A stretch of 58,564 bases of DNA, counting the filler, from Stramenopiles sp. TOSAG23-6 (taxonomy: Eukaryota), in NCBI GenBank assembly GCA_900128565.1. It is 2 parts of 2 records of this genome, joined end to end, with 100 filler letters (N's around TTAATTAATTAA, not from the genome) between each part and the next. Parts side by side here need not be neighbours in the genome. Positions count along the whole stretch, not along the records: positions 29,340 to 58,564 come from LT635973.1; 1 more part is not named here. The stretch is one strand, 5' to 3'. Below the pieces are notes generated by a model. It was not told where the DNA came from, did no database searches, and was given only the letters and a program-made list of their open reading frames with translations. The translations under genes and the position numbers were made by a program. Positions 34,534 through 46,949 of this stretch are shown here, in pieces (the first letter of the stretch is position 1; each line of letters opens with the position of its first letter).

Positions 34534-35814
34534 ATGTGGATACTATATGCACCGCTATATGCACTGATTTTGGCTACTGCAATTGGCTGTAAAAATGAAG
34601 ATCTTGTTGCATGTTCTCTTAATGGAGTCTGTGTTTACGGCGTGTGCAAGTGTGATCCTGGTTGGAAAGGTACTTCTTGTTCGACACTAGTCGAAGGAAA
34701 GACTACACCCATCTGGCCACCTAAAGGAACAGAAGGGGCTGATCCTGAGTGCCCTGCTGCTGGTTGGGGTGCAGGTATTCTTCCACCTATCCCTAATGTC
34801 ACTGATGATTTTCATTTATATGTCAATGTAAATTGTTTAAGTCCTGAAATGAAGTGCGCTCATTCAACGTATGCACAAGTCGTTCACGCACGTTCAGATT
34901 TTGCTAATGGTACGTATGTTTTTTCGGACATAGCGATTCCACCGAGCACACAGAATCCAGCGATAGTTTGGAATCCATTCTCGAAGCTTTTTCATATATT
35001 TTACTGGGAAATGTGTCTCGGTGGACGTCCTCACTGTCCACAAATTCGAAAATCAGAATGTACTGGAAGAGTTCACAAAGCCAATAATGGTTCATTCGCA
35101 CAGGTCGAAAGACGACGTTTGTTGTTTCCTGAAGCTCAAGTTGCAAACAAAAAACAATGTATTCAAGAAATCGGCCATGAAGATAAAACTTGCACCAAAC
35201 CTGGCAAGGATTATTGTGGACTTCCTGCAATAATGTCTTCTGAGTCACCATATGGCCCTTGGAATCGAACTTTTCCTGTCGTAAATTCTCATTCTCCAAC
35301 GATTGCCGTAGGTGTATTTAACCCAGCCCCATTAATCCTAAAGAATGGAACAGTTGTGATGTCATTTCGTGCCAATCCTCCAAACGGGAAACCTGCTGGT
35401 GAAGTACTCATGGTGACAACTGCAAACAGCTGGGAAGGACCCTACAATGTTATTGCAAGTAATATTACCAACCCTTTAAAAAGTGACCACAGACTGGAGG
35501 ACCCTGATTTTTTTAAGAACGAACGTGGCTTCCATATGCTAAGTCATCAATATAATGGAACATATTCTAGCGGAATCCACATGTTTTCTGCAGATGCTCA
35601 TACATGGCATGTAAGTGATGAACCTGCATATATAGATTATGTCAATTTCGTGAATGGTACTTCGAAGTGGGTCGGTACAAGAGAAAGGCCACGTTTGGTT
35701 ACGGATGAAAAAGGGAAGCCTGAATGGCTAATAACTGGTGTCGAAGTAGGCAAGAAATCCAATTCTTTTCCAAACTGCTATTCTGAGACAGTACTTACGA
35801 AGATCAAGGGTTGA
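34534..35814 (+). CDS. Secreted EGF-like + glycoside-hydrolase-like (GH43/five-bladed propeller) protein
   Basis: Signal peptide; CSLNGVC..CKCDPGWKG; NPAI, NPAP, LEDP, RERP motifs. Confidence 0.75.
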   Translation: MWILYAPLYALILATAIGCKNEDLVACSLNGVCVYGVCKCDPGWKGTSCSTLVEGKTTPIWPPKGTEGADPECPAAGWGAGILPPIPNVTDDFHLYVNVNCLSPEMKCAHSTYAQVVHARSDFANGTYVFSDIAIPPSTQNPAIVWNPFSKLFHIFYWEMCLGGRPHCPQIRKSECTGRVHKANNGSFAQVERRRLLFPEAQVANKKQCIQEIGHEDKTCTKPGKDYCGLPAIMSSESPYGPWNRTFPVVNSHSPTIAVGVFNPAPLILKNGTVVMSFRANPPNGKPAGEVLMVTTANSWEGPYNVIASNITNPLKSDHRLEDPDFFKNERGFHMLSHQYNGTYSSGIHMFSADAHTWHVSDEPAYIDYVNFVNGTSKWVGTRERPRLVTDEKGKPEWLITGVEVGKKSNSFPNCYSETVLTKIKG

Positions 35815-36274
35815 TGTACTTGAAATAGCATGATTAAAAAAGAGTTAATAATAATTATTTTGAATCTCAACAGATTAAATAGCTGGGAAGGACCCTACGA
35901 TATTATGTCCTGAGTTTTGTAATTTCGAAATAATAAATCATAATATTATTAGCTAGGCTACTGTTTTTATTATTTTTTATAATGAAAGTGTTTTTTTTTT
36001 TAAATTTTTGGAAAATTCTTGATAAGTACTATGTAGACGTAGACGCAGATTTTGGACAAAAAATTTCGAACAAACCTGTTTTTGTAGCCGCTAGTATTTT
36101 TTCAGAGCGTTTCATATTCTTTCATATGAACACACCTTCTCTAACACACACTTGACAAGTAGACACAGTGGTATAAAATAAAATATAGTTTCACTGAGTC
36201 AAAAGAAAAACAGATATTGAGTACGTAGTCTCCGTTATCCGTGCTAGAAACCATTCAAAATTTTATAGTAGAGT

Positions 36275-37285
36275 ATGGCATCGCTTGAAGATGTGTATCC
36301 AAAGCCTATTGATCAGTTGATAGATCCACTTATAGAAGAACTTTTAGCTGTAAAGAATTCCAAAATTGGTACTCTGGTCAAGGTTGATGGTGAAAAAATA
36401 GCTGCTGTAGTAATGCTCGCGCGAGATATTTTTATGTCCCAACCGATGTTGTTAACAATGGATGCTCCTATAAATGTATGTGGCGATACACATGGACAAT
36501 ATTATGACTTATTGCGCCTTTTTGAAATCGGTGGTTTCCCCCCTGATTCTAACTATCTATTCTTAGGCGACTATGTCGATCGTTCAAATCAGAGCATAGA
36601 AACGATGCTTTTACTTTTATGTTACAAATGTAAATACCCCGAAAAAGTATGGCTTCTTAGAGGTAATCACGAATGCGCATCAATAAACAGAATTTATGGT
36701 TTCTATGATGAGTGTAAGAGACGGTATAGTGTTAGACTTTGGAGAACTTTCGTTGACTGCTTCAATTGTATGCCTGTAGCAGCTCTACTAGCTGAACGCG
36801 TACTTTGCATGCACGGAGGTTTATCACCAGAATTATTAGAGCTAGAAAAAATTAATAGCATTAAACGACCGTGTGACATTCCTGATTTTGGTTTACTCTG
36901 CGATTTGTTATGGTCTGACCCTGATCCAGATATACAAGGTTGGGGGATGAACGACCGTGGCGTTTCCTATACGTTTGGTTCTGACGTCACAATAAAATTT
37001 TGTAACAAACACGATTTAGATCTTATATGTAGAGCACACCAAGTTATTGAGGATGGTTATGAATTTCAAGCAAATCGGCATTTAATTACACTTTTTTCAG
37101 CACCTAATTATTGTGGAGAGTTTGATAATGCAGGTGGAATGTAGGTTTTCATAATGAATTTCAAATGTATTTTTTTCATACGAAATTTTGTACCTAACAC
37201 TTTTTTGTGGTATATTTTTTCACATTACATGATGATTATGCGTGAAAATCTGATGTGTTCATTTGAAGTGCTGAAAGCAGTTTGA
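36275..37285 (+). CDS. PP1: Protein phosphatase 1 catalytic subunit; exons 36275-37140, 37231-37285
   Basis: [30 protein letters not shown] then [16 protein letters not shown] (cf. PP1 AMMSVDETLMCSFQILK). Confidence 0.96.
37141..37230 (+). other. Family intron, GT-AT, 90 nt
   Basis: GGAAT|GTAGGTTTTCATAATGAATTTC...GTACCTAAC...TTCACATTACAT|G; contains in-frame TAG; no AG after position +4. Confidence 0.93.
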
Positions 37286-37623
37286 AAGATTTTATTAAAA
37301 TCAATAAAGACTCAAACGTATTCATTCACACCTACTCTCTCTCAATTTTAACTTTTTGCTTAATTTTATTGGTCAAAAATGATTTGAAAATCATATACGA
37401 CAAAACATGCACAAAACATCATTCTTTCTTTGACTCGTTTTTTTTAGAACCCTAACCCTAGCTACTGGCAATTTAAGCGCGCTCAGGGAGTCATGCATCA
37501 TGAATTTTTTTATTCCTTGGTGTAGTGCGACACATATACTTCGCGTTCTTCTTCTCGATTTACACACCCATTAATAAGCTTGTCGTGCATGAATAGTTAT
37601 ATATAATTGTAGAATACGTAGTT

Positions 37624-38820
37624 ATGTCTTTGGCGAATGATCCAACCTTAAAGTTAGATGAACTTTTGCTTCCATTAGAAGTATTGAATTCTTCTCCGTC
37701 TTCAAAAGATGAGATAGCAGTAGAAACTGAAACTAAGCACCGCGCGTTTTGTTGCGAGCTTATTCAAGAGGCTGGTATTTTACTACGAATGCCACAGGTT
37801 GTAATGGCAACAGGTCAAACTTTAGCTCAACGCTTTTATTACCGACAAAGTCTTTTGAAATTTGATGCTCTTGAGGTTGCGATGGGTTCACTGTTTCTCG
37901 CTGCGAAAATTGAAGAAAAAGCACGTCGGTTTCTTCTACGACAACTTCTAAAAGTCTTCAACTGGATGTATTATCATAGAAAAAATCTACCACAACAACA
38001 GATGGAATTGGGAGGTATGCGGTACACAAAGTGGAAAAATGCTGTTTTGAAGACTGAGAGATATATCTTGAAAGACTTAGGTTTCTCACTCTATACTATA
38101 ATGGAACATCCTCACAAATTTATTTTGTACTATGTCAAGTGTCTTGATGGTAGCCACGAACTTGCCCAAAAGGCATGGAACTATTTAAATGATAGTCTTC
38201 GATTTGATTTTTGCGTGCGATATCGCGCACAAGTCATTGCATGTGCCGCAATATTTCTTGCTGCACGTTTTCTCCAGCAAAAACTTCCTCTTGACCCTCC
38301 TTGGTACAAGTTATTTGACGCCAGTGAAAGCGATATTATTGCTATAAGCAATAAATTATTAGCATCGTTTAGCTACGAAAATAAATCTTCTACTACTGAT
38401 TTATCAAAAAAAAATCTAAATTCTCAGAGATGGATCATTAGTCTTAAAACAAATACCAGTGTCTCATTAGCCAATGTCGGTGCTACTAAACGTCAGAATG
38501 AACGCAGATACGAACCAAATAAAGCTATTGTTTTAGACATGCCCAAACCATACAACCCAAATACAATGAGAACTACAAAACAAAGTGACACATCATCCAT
38601 GGTAGCAGCAAAAGCAGCTGCTGCAAGAATTGCTGCAAAGCAGATTAATTTAAATTTAAGTAAATATGTTAGTGACAGCAATTCTCGTGATGATTCTAAA
38701 TCTAATGATAGGGACACGGCAATTCGTTCCCAAAGTAGTAATAGTAATACCTCTCATAAACGATATAGTTCGACTTCCGGAAGGCATTCTCGGAAACGTG
38801 GAAAATATGAAGAACCCTAA
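37624..38820 (+). CDS. Cyclin L-like
   Basis: SPSSKD..., CELIQEAGILLRMPQVVMATGQ, LAAKIEE, EHPHKFI, AWNYLNDSLR; Arg/Ser-rich tail. Confidence 0.9.
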   Translation: MSLANDPTLKLDELLLPLEVLNSSPSSKDEIAVETETKHRAFCCELIQEAGILLRMPQVVMATGQTLAQRFYYRQSLLKFDALEVAMGSLFLAAKIEEKARRFLLRQLLKVFNWMYYHRKNLPQQQMELGGMRYTKWKNAVLKTERYILKDLGFSLYTIMEHPHKFILYYVKCLDGSHELAQKAWNYLNDSLRFDFCVRYRAQVIACAAIFLAARFLQQKLPLDPPWYKLFDASESDIIAISNKLLASFSYENKSSTTDLSKKNLNSQRWIISLKTNTSVSLANVGATKRQNERRYEPNKAIVLDMPKPYNPNTMRTTKQSDTSSMVAAKAAAARIAAKQINLNLSKYVSDSNSRDDSKSNDRDTAIRSQSSNSNTSHKRYSSTSGRHSRKRGKYEEP

Positions 38821-39332
38821 CCTAATCCTGAAATTAAAACAAAAAAAATTCAAAAAATGAATCTTTTAACGAAAGCTGAAAGGTAGAAGTAGATCAAGAT
38901 CGAGAGAGTAATGCAATTGTTATTCAACGGATTTCTATTATAAAGACCGAGTGTTAAGTAGTTTAGTGTTATAATATTACTGTTTAATAAATCTCTCTCT
39001 CTCTCTCTTGTCTTTCTCTCATTTCGTAATAATTAATACCTTTTTGTGGTTCAAACCCTAACCCTAGTACGTACTAAGGCTTGTACTATAGTCGACGGTC
39101 ACTCGTCGCGATTTTTCTTCCGCTCCCTCCTCACACATGATTACGTAATGTACCAATGATAAGGACATAAGGCGCACATAAGGCTAACATAGGACTAATA
39201 TACGGATACCGCGACACATCGCGTCATCATCTTATTATCTACACTCACCAAAAGACAGTTTCACTTTGCGATAGTTAGCAACTAAAACATTTCGTTGTAA
39301 AAGAAGGCAAAAAATCCACATATTGCTGTATA

Positions 39333-40628
39333 ATGTTAGAATCAAATCCAGAGAAATCAGATGAGGAGATTAATCAAAATGATGTAACCGAGAAAAAAAA
39401 GGAGAGTGTTTTACTGAAAGAACTTGTTCCGTTTGTTGATACATCTGGTATAAAGATAGCGAAATCGGGAGAGATAAATACTTCTAGCAGTTGGGAAGAG
39501 TTTGAAGTAATTAACGGTCTTACTTTGTATGATATATACCGTCAACCCCGTGCTGCACATTTCGCCTCAGATAAAAGTGACTCGGCTAGAACAAAGACAA
39601 TTCCTACTCAGACGTTAAATACAGACCTTGTGTGCCCCATTTGTCTTGGTATGCTTCATGAAACAATGATTGTGATGGAGTGTCTTCATCGTTTTTGTAG
39701 TGAGTGTATTCAAAAATGTCTCAGACTTGGTCGTAAAGAATGCCCAGCTTGCCGTACTCATGTCCCTTCGCGTCGGTCTCTACGCCGTGACTACAATTTT
39801 GATGAAATGATTGCAAAGATTTATCCAAATTTAGAGGAGTTTGAACGACAGGAGGAAACATTTATTGCAGAAATAAACCGTACGCATAACGTTAGAAATG
39901 CTTTCACAGAATCATGCCGGCAAGGGATGGAAGCACAGACCCAAGCTAGACGTGCTCATCGAAACTGTTATAATAAAGTTGATAAAAAATCTAGGAAAGA
40001 AAAAACTAAGGCAAGTTTAAAATCTACTAATCGAGGGACAAAACGTATCAAACGAACTGTCCGCAAGTACAAGAACAAATCAAAAAGATATATGGATAGT
40101 GATATTTTAGATTCAGATGAAGAGACTGAAGAATTTCCGGATGGTGCATATCATGGAAAAAGTACAACTGGATTGAGTCAACGAAGAGCTATACAAAATA
40201 GAAAGAGACGTAAAACGAAGAAAATAGTAAAGAATATGAATGTGGGTAAACAAAAGGAAGACACTTTTGCTGCTCGTGATGAAATACAAAAAAATCAGGT
40301 ATGGTTTCTGTTATTACCTCATCCTGTCAACCCAAATTTACCCAACCTTGAAGCTTCGTACCTACGGACTTCGTATGATATGAAAATTCATCATATAAAA
40401 AGGTATTTATCACTCAAGCTACGTGAACATATTGGTGTGTTTGATATACTGGTTACAAATAGTGCCGTCAGTAGTGTCCGTTTAGGTAATAGCGTCTCTA
40501 TCAACGACGTGTCTGAAAATTTCTGGTCTCATGATACTGATTTAGTATTACACTATAAGATGGAAAGTCCTTCCATTCGATCTGCTAGAAGATGGTATGA
40601 GCTTGAAGAGAATAAAATGATATGCTAG
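39333..40628 (+). CDS. RING1: RING1/RNF2-like PRC1 E3 ligase (RING + RAWUL)
   Basis: CPICLG...MECLHRFCSECIQKCLRLGRKECPACR..VPSRRSLRRD.NFD; C-terminal YLRTS...IHHIKRYL. Confidence 0.85.
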   Translation: MLESNPEKSDEEINQNDVTEKKKESVLLKELVPFVDTSGIKIAKSGEINTSSSWEEFEVINGLTLYDIYRQPRAAHFASDKSDSARTKTIPTQTLNTDLVCPICLGMLHETMIVMECLHRFCSECIQKCLRLGRKECPACRTHVPSRRSLRRDYNFDEMIAKIYPNLEEFERQEETFIAEINRTHNVRNAFTESCRQGMEAQTQARRAHRNCYNKVDKKSRKEKTKASLKSTNRGTKRIKRTVRKYKNKSKRYMDSDILDSDEETEEFPDGAYHGKSTTGLSQRRAIQNRKRRKTKKIVKNMNVGKQKEDTFAARDEIQKNQVWFLLLPHPVNPNLPNLEASYLRTSYDMKIHHIKRYLSLKLREHIGVFDILVTNSAVSSVRLGNSVSINDVSENFWSHDTDLVLHYKMESPSIRSARRWYELEENKMIC

Positions 40629-41042
40629 AAGATGGTACGAGCTCGAAGAGAATAAAATGTGATTTTTATTTATTAGTCCTCTTTTTATAATATTAATATA
40701 GACAGATTAGGGTTAGCGTTAGGGTTATTAATAATTTAACAAAATCCTAGGACTATCATTGATTGACCTAAAAGGCCACAGTTCTATTGCTCTCTAGATA
40801 CGTGCAGGACATAATCGGATCACATCGCTTGGTGTTACAACACGAGATTCATCAAGTGGAGCAGTCTGTATTTTATTCAAACCGTTCAACTTCTCAAAAC
40901 TAATATTTATATTTATATGAATCTTTTATATTTTTGTTTTGCATTTCAATTACAATATGAGTTTTTGCACGTGCACATTTCGTACCATAAAATTGTAGCT
41001 AAGTAATTATTCTATCCCAATGACTGTATTTAGTACAAACGC

Positions 41043-42415
41043 TCAGGAGAGAAAATCATCGCTACTAAATCCTAAATCTTTTAGAGATCTCTTTGCACTT
41101 CCCCTTTCAATTGCTTTTGGCATGTATTTTTGGGAAAATATGTCAAATTTGTTTTTTTTTGTTAGGTACAAACATTTTTTTACAAAAAAAAAATGAAAAT
41201 AAAACAAATAAAACATGGCATTTGAATTCTTCCATCCAATCATAAACACGAAAAAAAAAAAGTTGAAAATAAAACAAACATGGTATTTGAATTCTTCCAT
41301 CCAATCATAAACACTATTTGAAAAGTAGCAGGTACGGAATTACTTGCATCTACAGATTTGTTTTCCCTATGAGAATTCGTGTTAATCGTTGTGCAGTCAT
41401 TATCATCTGAATCATATGATGATGATCCATCACCAGTAGTAGTAACATTACTATTTATAGCTTCATTATTTATCTCTGTTGTACTCTCATCTTCGACTGA
41501 GTAAATCGTTTGATATATTGAAGCAGCAGCTAACATTGTTTCACGTTTATTAGACATCATTCGGCCTAGTGATGAATTTGAATCACCCATCGCTTGTAAA
41601 TGCTCCCATAGACTCACAGCATCTTCATAATTACAATGAACTAATTCGGTGTCAACAGTCGGTAATGCAAAACCAGCGTCCACTAATAGACTACCTACGT
41701 CTGATACTTGTGCCAGTGGAGAAGTTCTTGGACTGACTCCACCATCTCGCTCTTGCTCAGCAGCAACAAATGACATTCGAAGTTCGTTCAAAGTAGCACC
41801 ACCAACCATTGCCGCCAAAAATACTCCATTTGGTTTAAGAGCGTTATGTATCTGATGCAGAGCACCGGGAAGATCATTTATCCAATGCAAGCTCATCGAA
41901 CTAAGAATGAGGTCACACGAGTTTTCTTGGAGTGGAAGTGTCTCTTCATCACCGACAACAAATGCAGCACGATGATCACAATTGAATGTACGCTCATCAT
42001 CTTCTGAAAATGATTTACGTAGCCCTTCTCTTTCTTTTGCATCAATATTAGCTGTCTTTTGGGCTCTTTGAAGCATTGCCGAAGAAATATCAATATTTAT
42101 GAGTTTTCCAACTTGACCATGTTCACCTAGATATTTCAGACAGTGTCCGGCATTGCAACCTACATCAACAGCCATAGGGAAATCACGTGAAAGATCATCT
42201 AGTCGTTCAACAAGACTTAGAGCGACATAATCTTTCAAATAATCGAAGGCTTCTGCACGAGGACTACTTGCAGCTCGGTCACGTTGCATTCGTTTATGGT
42301 CACGATCAAAAACAGTCATTGATGGCATGGCTGAAAGTGACTTTGGGCTAAGAAGTCGAGTAGATATGTGCAATCTAAACATATCTAAATGTCGTAAACT
42401 AAATGGTACCGTCAT
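41043..42415 (-). CDS. NDUFAF5: NDUFAF5-like SAM-dependent complex I assembly factor; exons 42415-41280, 41121-41043
   Basis: VFDRDHKRMQRDRAA, DEETLP, SSMSLHWINDLPG, GGVSPRTSP, PATFQIVFMIGWK...PKAIERGSA. Confidence 0.92.
41122..41279 (-). other. Family intron, GT-AT, 158 nt, containing a duplicated exon/donor junction
   Basis: ACCAT|GTTTGT...second GTGTTTATGATTGGATGGAAGAATTCAAATGCCATGTTT...GTACCTAAC...CAAAAATACAT|G; gives WKNSNT-M-PKA. Confidence 0.8.
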
Positions 42416-42712
42416 TGTAATAATAAATGTAAGCTTGTACTTTTTGTAGTACCTGTTTGTCACTTATATAATATTGGAAAGGAATCTGTACCACGCGACT
42501 CATAAAAAAATAAAATTTTCAAATTTGACCAGGAGTGTTACCGGGAAACCATCGGTTAAATGCAGTCGATCCTGGGCACTGTGTGTATACAGAACTCGTA
42601 CTAGTAGTTGTACTTGTAAGCTACGTACTGTAGTATTTATTGCAATACTAGAAAGAAAGTACGTTCTTTTAAATACATCGCGACTCATTAGGGATTAACC
42701 CACTAGAAGCTG

Positions 42713-45700
42713 ATGGAAGGCTCTTCAAAGAAGCGTCGGCGTGACGTGAATTCCTCTGTCAAATCGCAACCAAAAGGGAAAAGCCCTTCCCCTAAAACTG
42801 CAGTTTCTGCTAACACGGTAAGCTTCATGCTTACTGAAGCAGGCTGGAGTGGCGAGATGCAAAGAAAAGCTCTCCGGCTTTTTCGTGATGCATGTAATGA
42901 AGAAGATGAGAGTAATTTTAGTGGAGAAACTAGTCAAACTATGGGAGTCGTGACATTTCGTAAAGTTATGCTCAGCTTAGGAGTTCGTATTGAACGTATT
43001 AATTATTATTTCAAAGCGTTTGATCGCAACGGCAGTGGGCGGTTGGACTACAGAGAGTTTCTTTTAGGAATGGCTGCATTAGAATCGGCAAGTTCCGATA
43101 CTGAGACCTCAAATAATGGCGAAAGAAAGTCATCGGTGAAGTCAAAGAATAATTTGCATTCACATGGCTCAAGCATCGGAGGCGCTGCGTGGAGTCAAGA
43201 AAGAGTTCGCTATATTTTCCATCTTTATGATGTAGGTGGTACTGGTTCTCTTAGTTTCGAAGATTTTAAACGCATGGTAAGACATCTACGGCGTTTGTCG
43301 GGTTCTGATGACTCTCCAGAGCCGGTAGAAAAAGAAGCCTTAAAAAGTTTTGATGGAGACCCGACACGAAAAATCACTGAAGAAGAATTTGTTCATGTAG
43401 TGTATGGTGCAGATCAACCCACGTTTAAAAGAGTGACAGGTCTTTTCTCTGCCCCTGTGAGTCTTCGTAGTTTATTCGATGGTAACTTCAATTGGCGTGT
43501 ATACAGTGCATTGGTAGAGCAAGACAACCCTAACCCTACGGAAGAAAATAGTATCCAAACATCAACTTCTGATAAAACTTCAAAGGGAAGAATTTCTGTA
43601 GAAACTAAAATATCAAAACCATCTTTACCAAAACTAAAAAAGGTTGCAAACCATATTTTATCACGTAAAAAACAATTTCAAATGTACACACCAAGAATAA
43701 TTGGTCATTCACAATTGACTCATGCCATGGTGAATGTACGTTTGATATGAATTTCTAATTTAATGTTTTTTTTTATACGAAATTTAGTACCTAACGATTG
43801 TTTTAACTAAAATTTTTTTTCACAATACATTCTCCTAGGCGCCGTCATTCGACAACTTCAGAAGAGTCTCTTCAAGATGCAGTTTCTGATGCTTTGGTTA
43901 GTACAAGCAGTAGAGATAGTAAAAGTCCCCCTCCTCCACCTCCAATAACCTCCAGTACAACAATATCGGTGTCAAATTCGTCAATTATTCGGCTAGATCC
44001 TTATTCTATCTTAGCATATGATAATGGTTTGGTCGTTTCATCTTTAGTGGCAAGTACTGCGATGGTCACAAACATGCATTTAGTTAGAGATATGTCACCT
44101 TTAGTAAAAGACTATGGACCTGACCAATTGTCATTAGGTGTAATAGCAGCTAATAGAATGAATAAATTTGTTTTTGAAGAATTACTACCCGTTGCAGGCG
44201 ATAAAGGAAAGGCAGTGTTTAAACGACTGAAACGATTTCATCATAGTCCAAGAAAACGGGCTCATAGATATAGTATATCTAGTGCATCCGAAACACAATG
44301 TGATGAATTCGAGTGGGAAATACAAAAACGTTTACCTTGCTCATTTGTTTGTGCTTTAGTTCGAGATGTTTTGAAATTAGTAAAGTCTCAACCGACAGTT
44401 ATCAATGCACAATCACCTGTAAAGATGTTTGGTGATATTCATGGTCAGTTACATGATTTACTCTTATTTTTCAAATTATACGGTTTACCTACTCGTACTG
44501 GTAATGGAGATATTGATCTCACTCAATATGTCTTTATTGGAGATTTTGTAGATCGTGGAAGTCATAGTGTAGAAACTATTTTATTATTATTTTCATTAAA
44601 AATCTTGCATCCCAATCGAATCTGGCTCATTCGAGGAAATCATGAAGATCGTGAAGTAAATGAAAATTATGGATTTATGGCTGAATGTCAACAGAAATAT
44701 CCAGAGCCAATGTCAAAAGATGCATTAGATGCTGCTATGGCTGCAGCGATACAACAAGAAAATGAAAGTAGTGAACGATACAGTCCTTCACATGGAATAG
44801 ATTTAGGATTTGACCCCGATACGGCTTGTGAAGGGGATGAAATATATAATTTAATCGAGGTTGTATTTGATCATTTACCACTTGCAGGTGTTGTAGATGA
44901 CAAGGTTCTCTGTCTTCATGGTGGTTTAGGATTAGGGGACTGGACATTAGATGATCTTAGAGCTGTGAAACGCCCTGTTCGTAGTCGGGAAATACGCTCA
45001 GACTCAATGCTTATAAATGTTCTGTGGAGTGATCCTTCAAGAGACGATGAAGTTGAAGGAATATTTAAAAATAGTCGTGGTGGTGATATCGTGACGTTTA
45101 GTCGTCGTGTTGTTGAGGAATTTTGTGAACGCGAAAACATTGAACTAATAGTACGAGCTCATGAACCTTTTCAACAAGGTTTTCACTTTTTTGCGGGAGG
45201 TCGTCTGGCTTCTGTTTTTACAGCGAGAGATTATTGTGGACATCACACAAATGACGGCGCATTTCTTGTATTGCGTCGTGATGGGTTAGTGACTCCACGT
45301 ATCCTCCGAAGTAGTACGCAGACTTTATCTCAAAATTTGTATCCTTTATTTTCAGGTACTGGAAAAGATAATCTACACACAGAAATGAATAATGAATTAC
45401 ATACAACCAGTAATGAAACAGATTGTGATGGAGTATTTCCACCACCATATTCAGAGGAAAACAGTACTAATAAACCCGAAATAAAACGGTGTGCATCAGA
45501 TCCATTAAATGATATTAATACACGTGATGCATTAGAAGCAGCTGGATGGAATGCATCACAATTAGCTCGTGTTCTTACTCTTTTTAAATCTGCTACTTAT
45601 ACTGATGATACGAATAGTGATCCGGACGATGACATACAAAAACATTATATGGATTTGGAACGCTTTACTGCTGTACTAACTCTTCTAGGTGTGCAATCTA

Positions 45701-46562
45701 AACTTGCACAAGTTTATTTTAACGCCATGGATACATCTGGTAATGGGTTTTTAGACTATAGGGAATTTCTCCTTGGCATGGCCGCATTGGACCCAGCTAA
45801 TAAATCAAAAATGCATACATCAGATGATAAATCAGAGGACACTGACGTCATGCATACATCAGATGATACATCAAAAATGCATACATCAGATGACAAATCG
45901 GAGGACACCGACGTCATGGAATCCAATATTGAAAATAGTGAAGAAAACGATGTACCTCAGGCTACCCAAAAGGCTTGGAGTAAAGCTAGAGCTAGGTTTG
46001 TGTTTAGAGTATATGACGTAAATCATGATAAGAAAATTGATTTTCGAGAATTTTGTGGTATGTTGATGCATGTATGTTTTTATGATTCATTTCANTTTTT
46101 TTTTTCAGAGTAAATTTTGTGTCTAACAAACAAATTCAATTTTTTTTTAAATATTTTCCTATAATATATATGGCGTCATTAAAGAAAGAAAATTCTTCAT
46201 TAGCAGATGTTCTCCCAAGAGCATCACGTATTTTTAAACAATTAGGTCTCTATAACACACATCCAGAAAATCCAGAAATCCAAAGTACCTGGTCACCAAT
46301 GAGCGAGAAACAATTTTTAAGTATTGTTAATAAAGTTGAAGTATATGAGGAAGAAAGTGTATCAACGATTACTACACGTGGTAGAAGTAGAAAGCGACAA
46401 AAAAGACGTAAACGGCGTCAAAGTCGAACTCTTCTTCAAACACTTTCCATTGATGAATTATTTCGTGCTCCGCAATCCCCATCGCAAAAGAAGTTGAGCT
46501 GGCCAGTATCAAGAGATGTATCACCTGTCCGGACAGCTTCAAATTACCAACTCTGGAAATAA
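42713..46562 (+). CDS. PPP-family Ser/Thr phosphatase flanked by EF-hand pairs; exons 42713-43735, 43831-46071, 46170-46562
   Basis: GDIHGQ, GDFVDRG, RGNHE, HGG, RAHE, FTARDY; DRNGSGRLDYREF and DTSGNGFLDYREF; spliced CDS 3657 nt. Confidence 0.88.
43736..43830 (+). other. Family intron, GT-AT, 95 nt
   Basis: AAT|GTACGTTT...GTACCTAAC...TTCACAATACAT|TCT; joins two ORFs in frame. Confidence 0.85.
46072..46169 (+). other. Family intron, GT-AT, 98 nt
   Basis: CAT|GTATGTTTT...TTTTGTGTCTAAC...AAATATTTTCCTATAATATAT|ATG. Confidence 0.8.
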
Positions 46563-46689
46563 AATACCAACAAATAATAAATTATAAATTATACCAACTT
46601 TTGTATTTAAATTTTATTATAACATAGGCTTTGGGAGATTTAAAGATATATATAAGTAGTTATAAAAAACACACAGAATAACTGAAATC

Positions 46690-46949
46690 TTATGAATATA
46701 TAATCATACACATTATCATACTAAACCCAAATTGTCATACTTTGATTTAATTGTCCAAAACGGAATTCCATATTTTTTATGAATATATAATCATACACAT
46801 TATCATACTAAACCCAAATTGTCATACTTTGATTTAATTGTCCAAAACGGAATTCCATATTTTTTATGAATATATAATCATACACATTATCATACTAAAC
46901 CCAAATTGTCATACTTTGATTTAATTGTCCAAAACGGAATTCCATATTT
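46690..46949. repeat. Tandem repeat, 3 x 87 bp, including ceramidase C-terminus and stop
   Basis: TATGAATATATAATC... at 46691, 46778, 46865. Confidence 0.95.

Noticed and set aside
46690-46949. Possible CRISPR-like array
   Set aside because: Head-to-tail identical units with no unique spacers; eukaryotic context; no cas genes.
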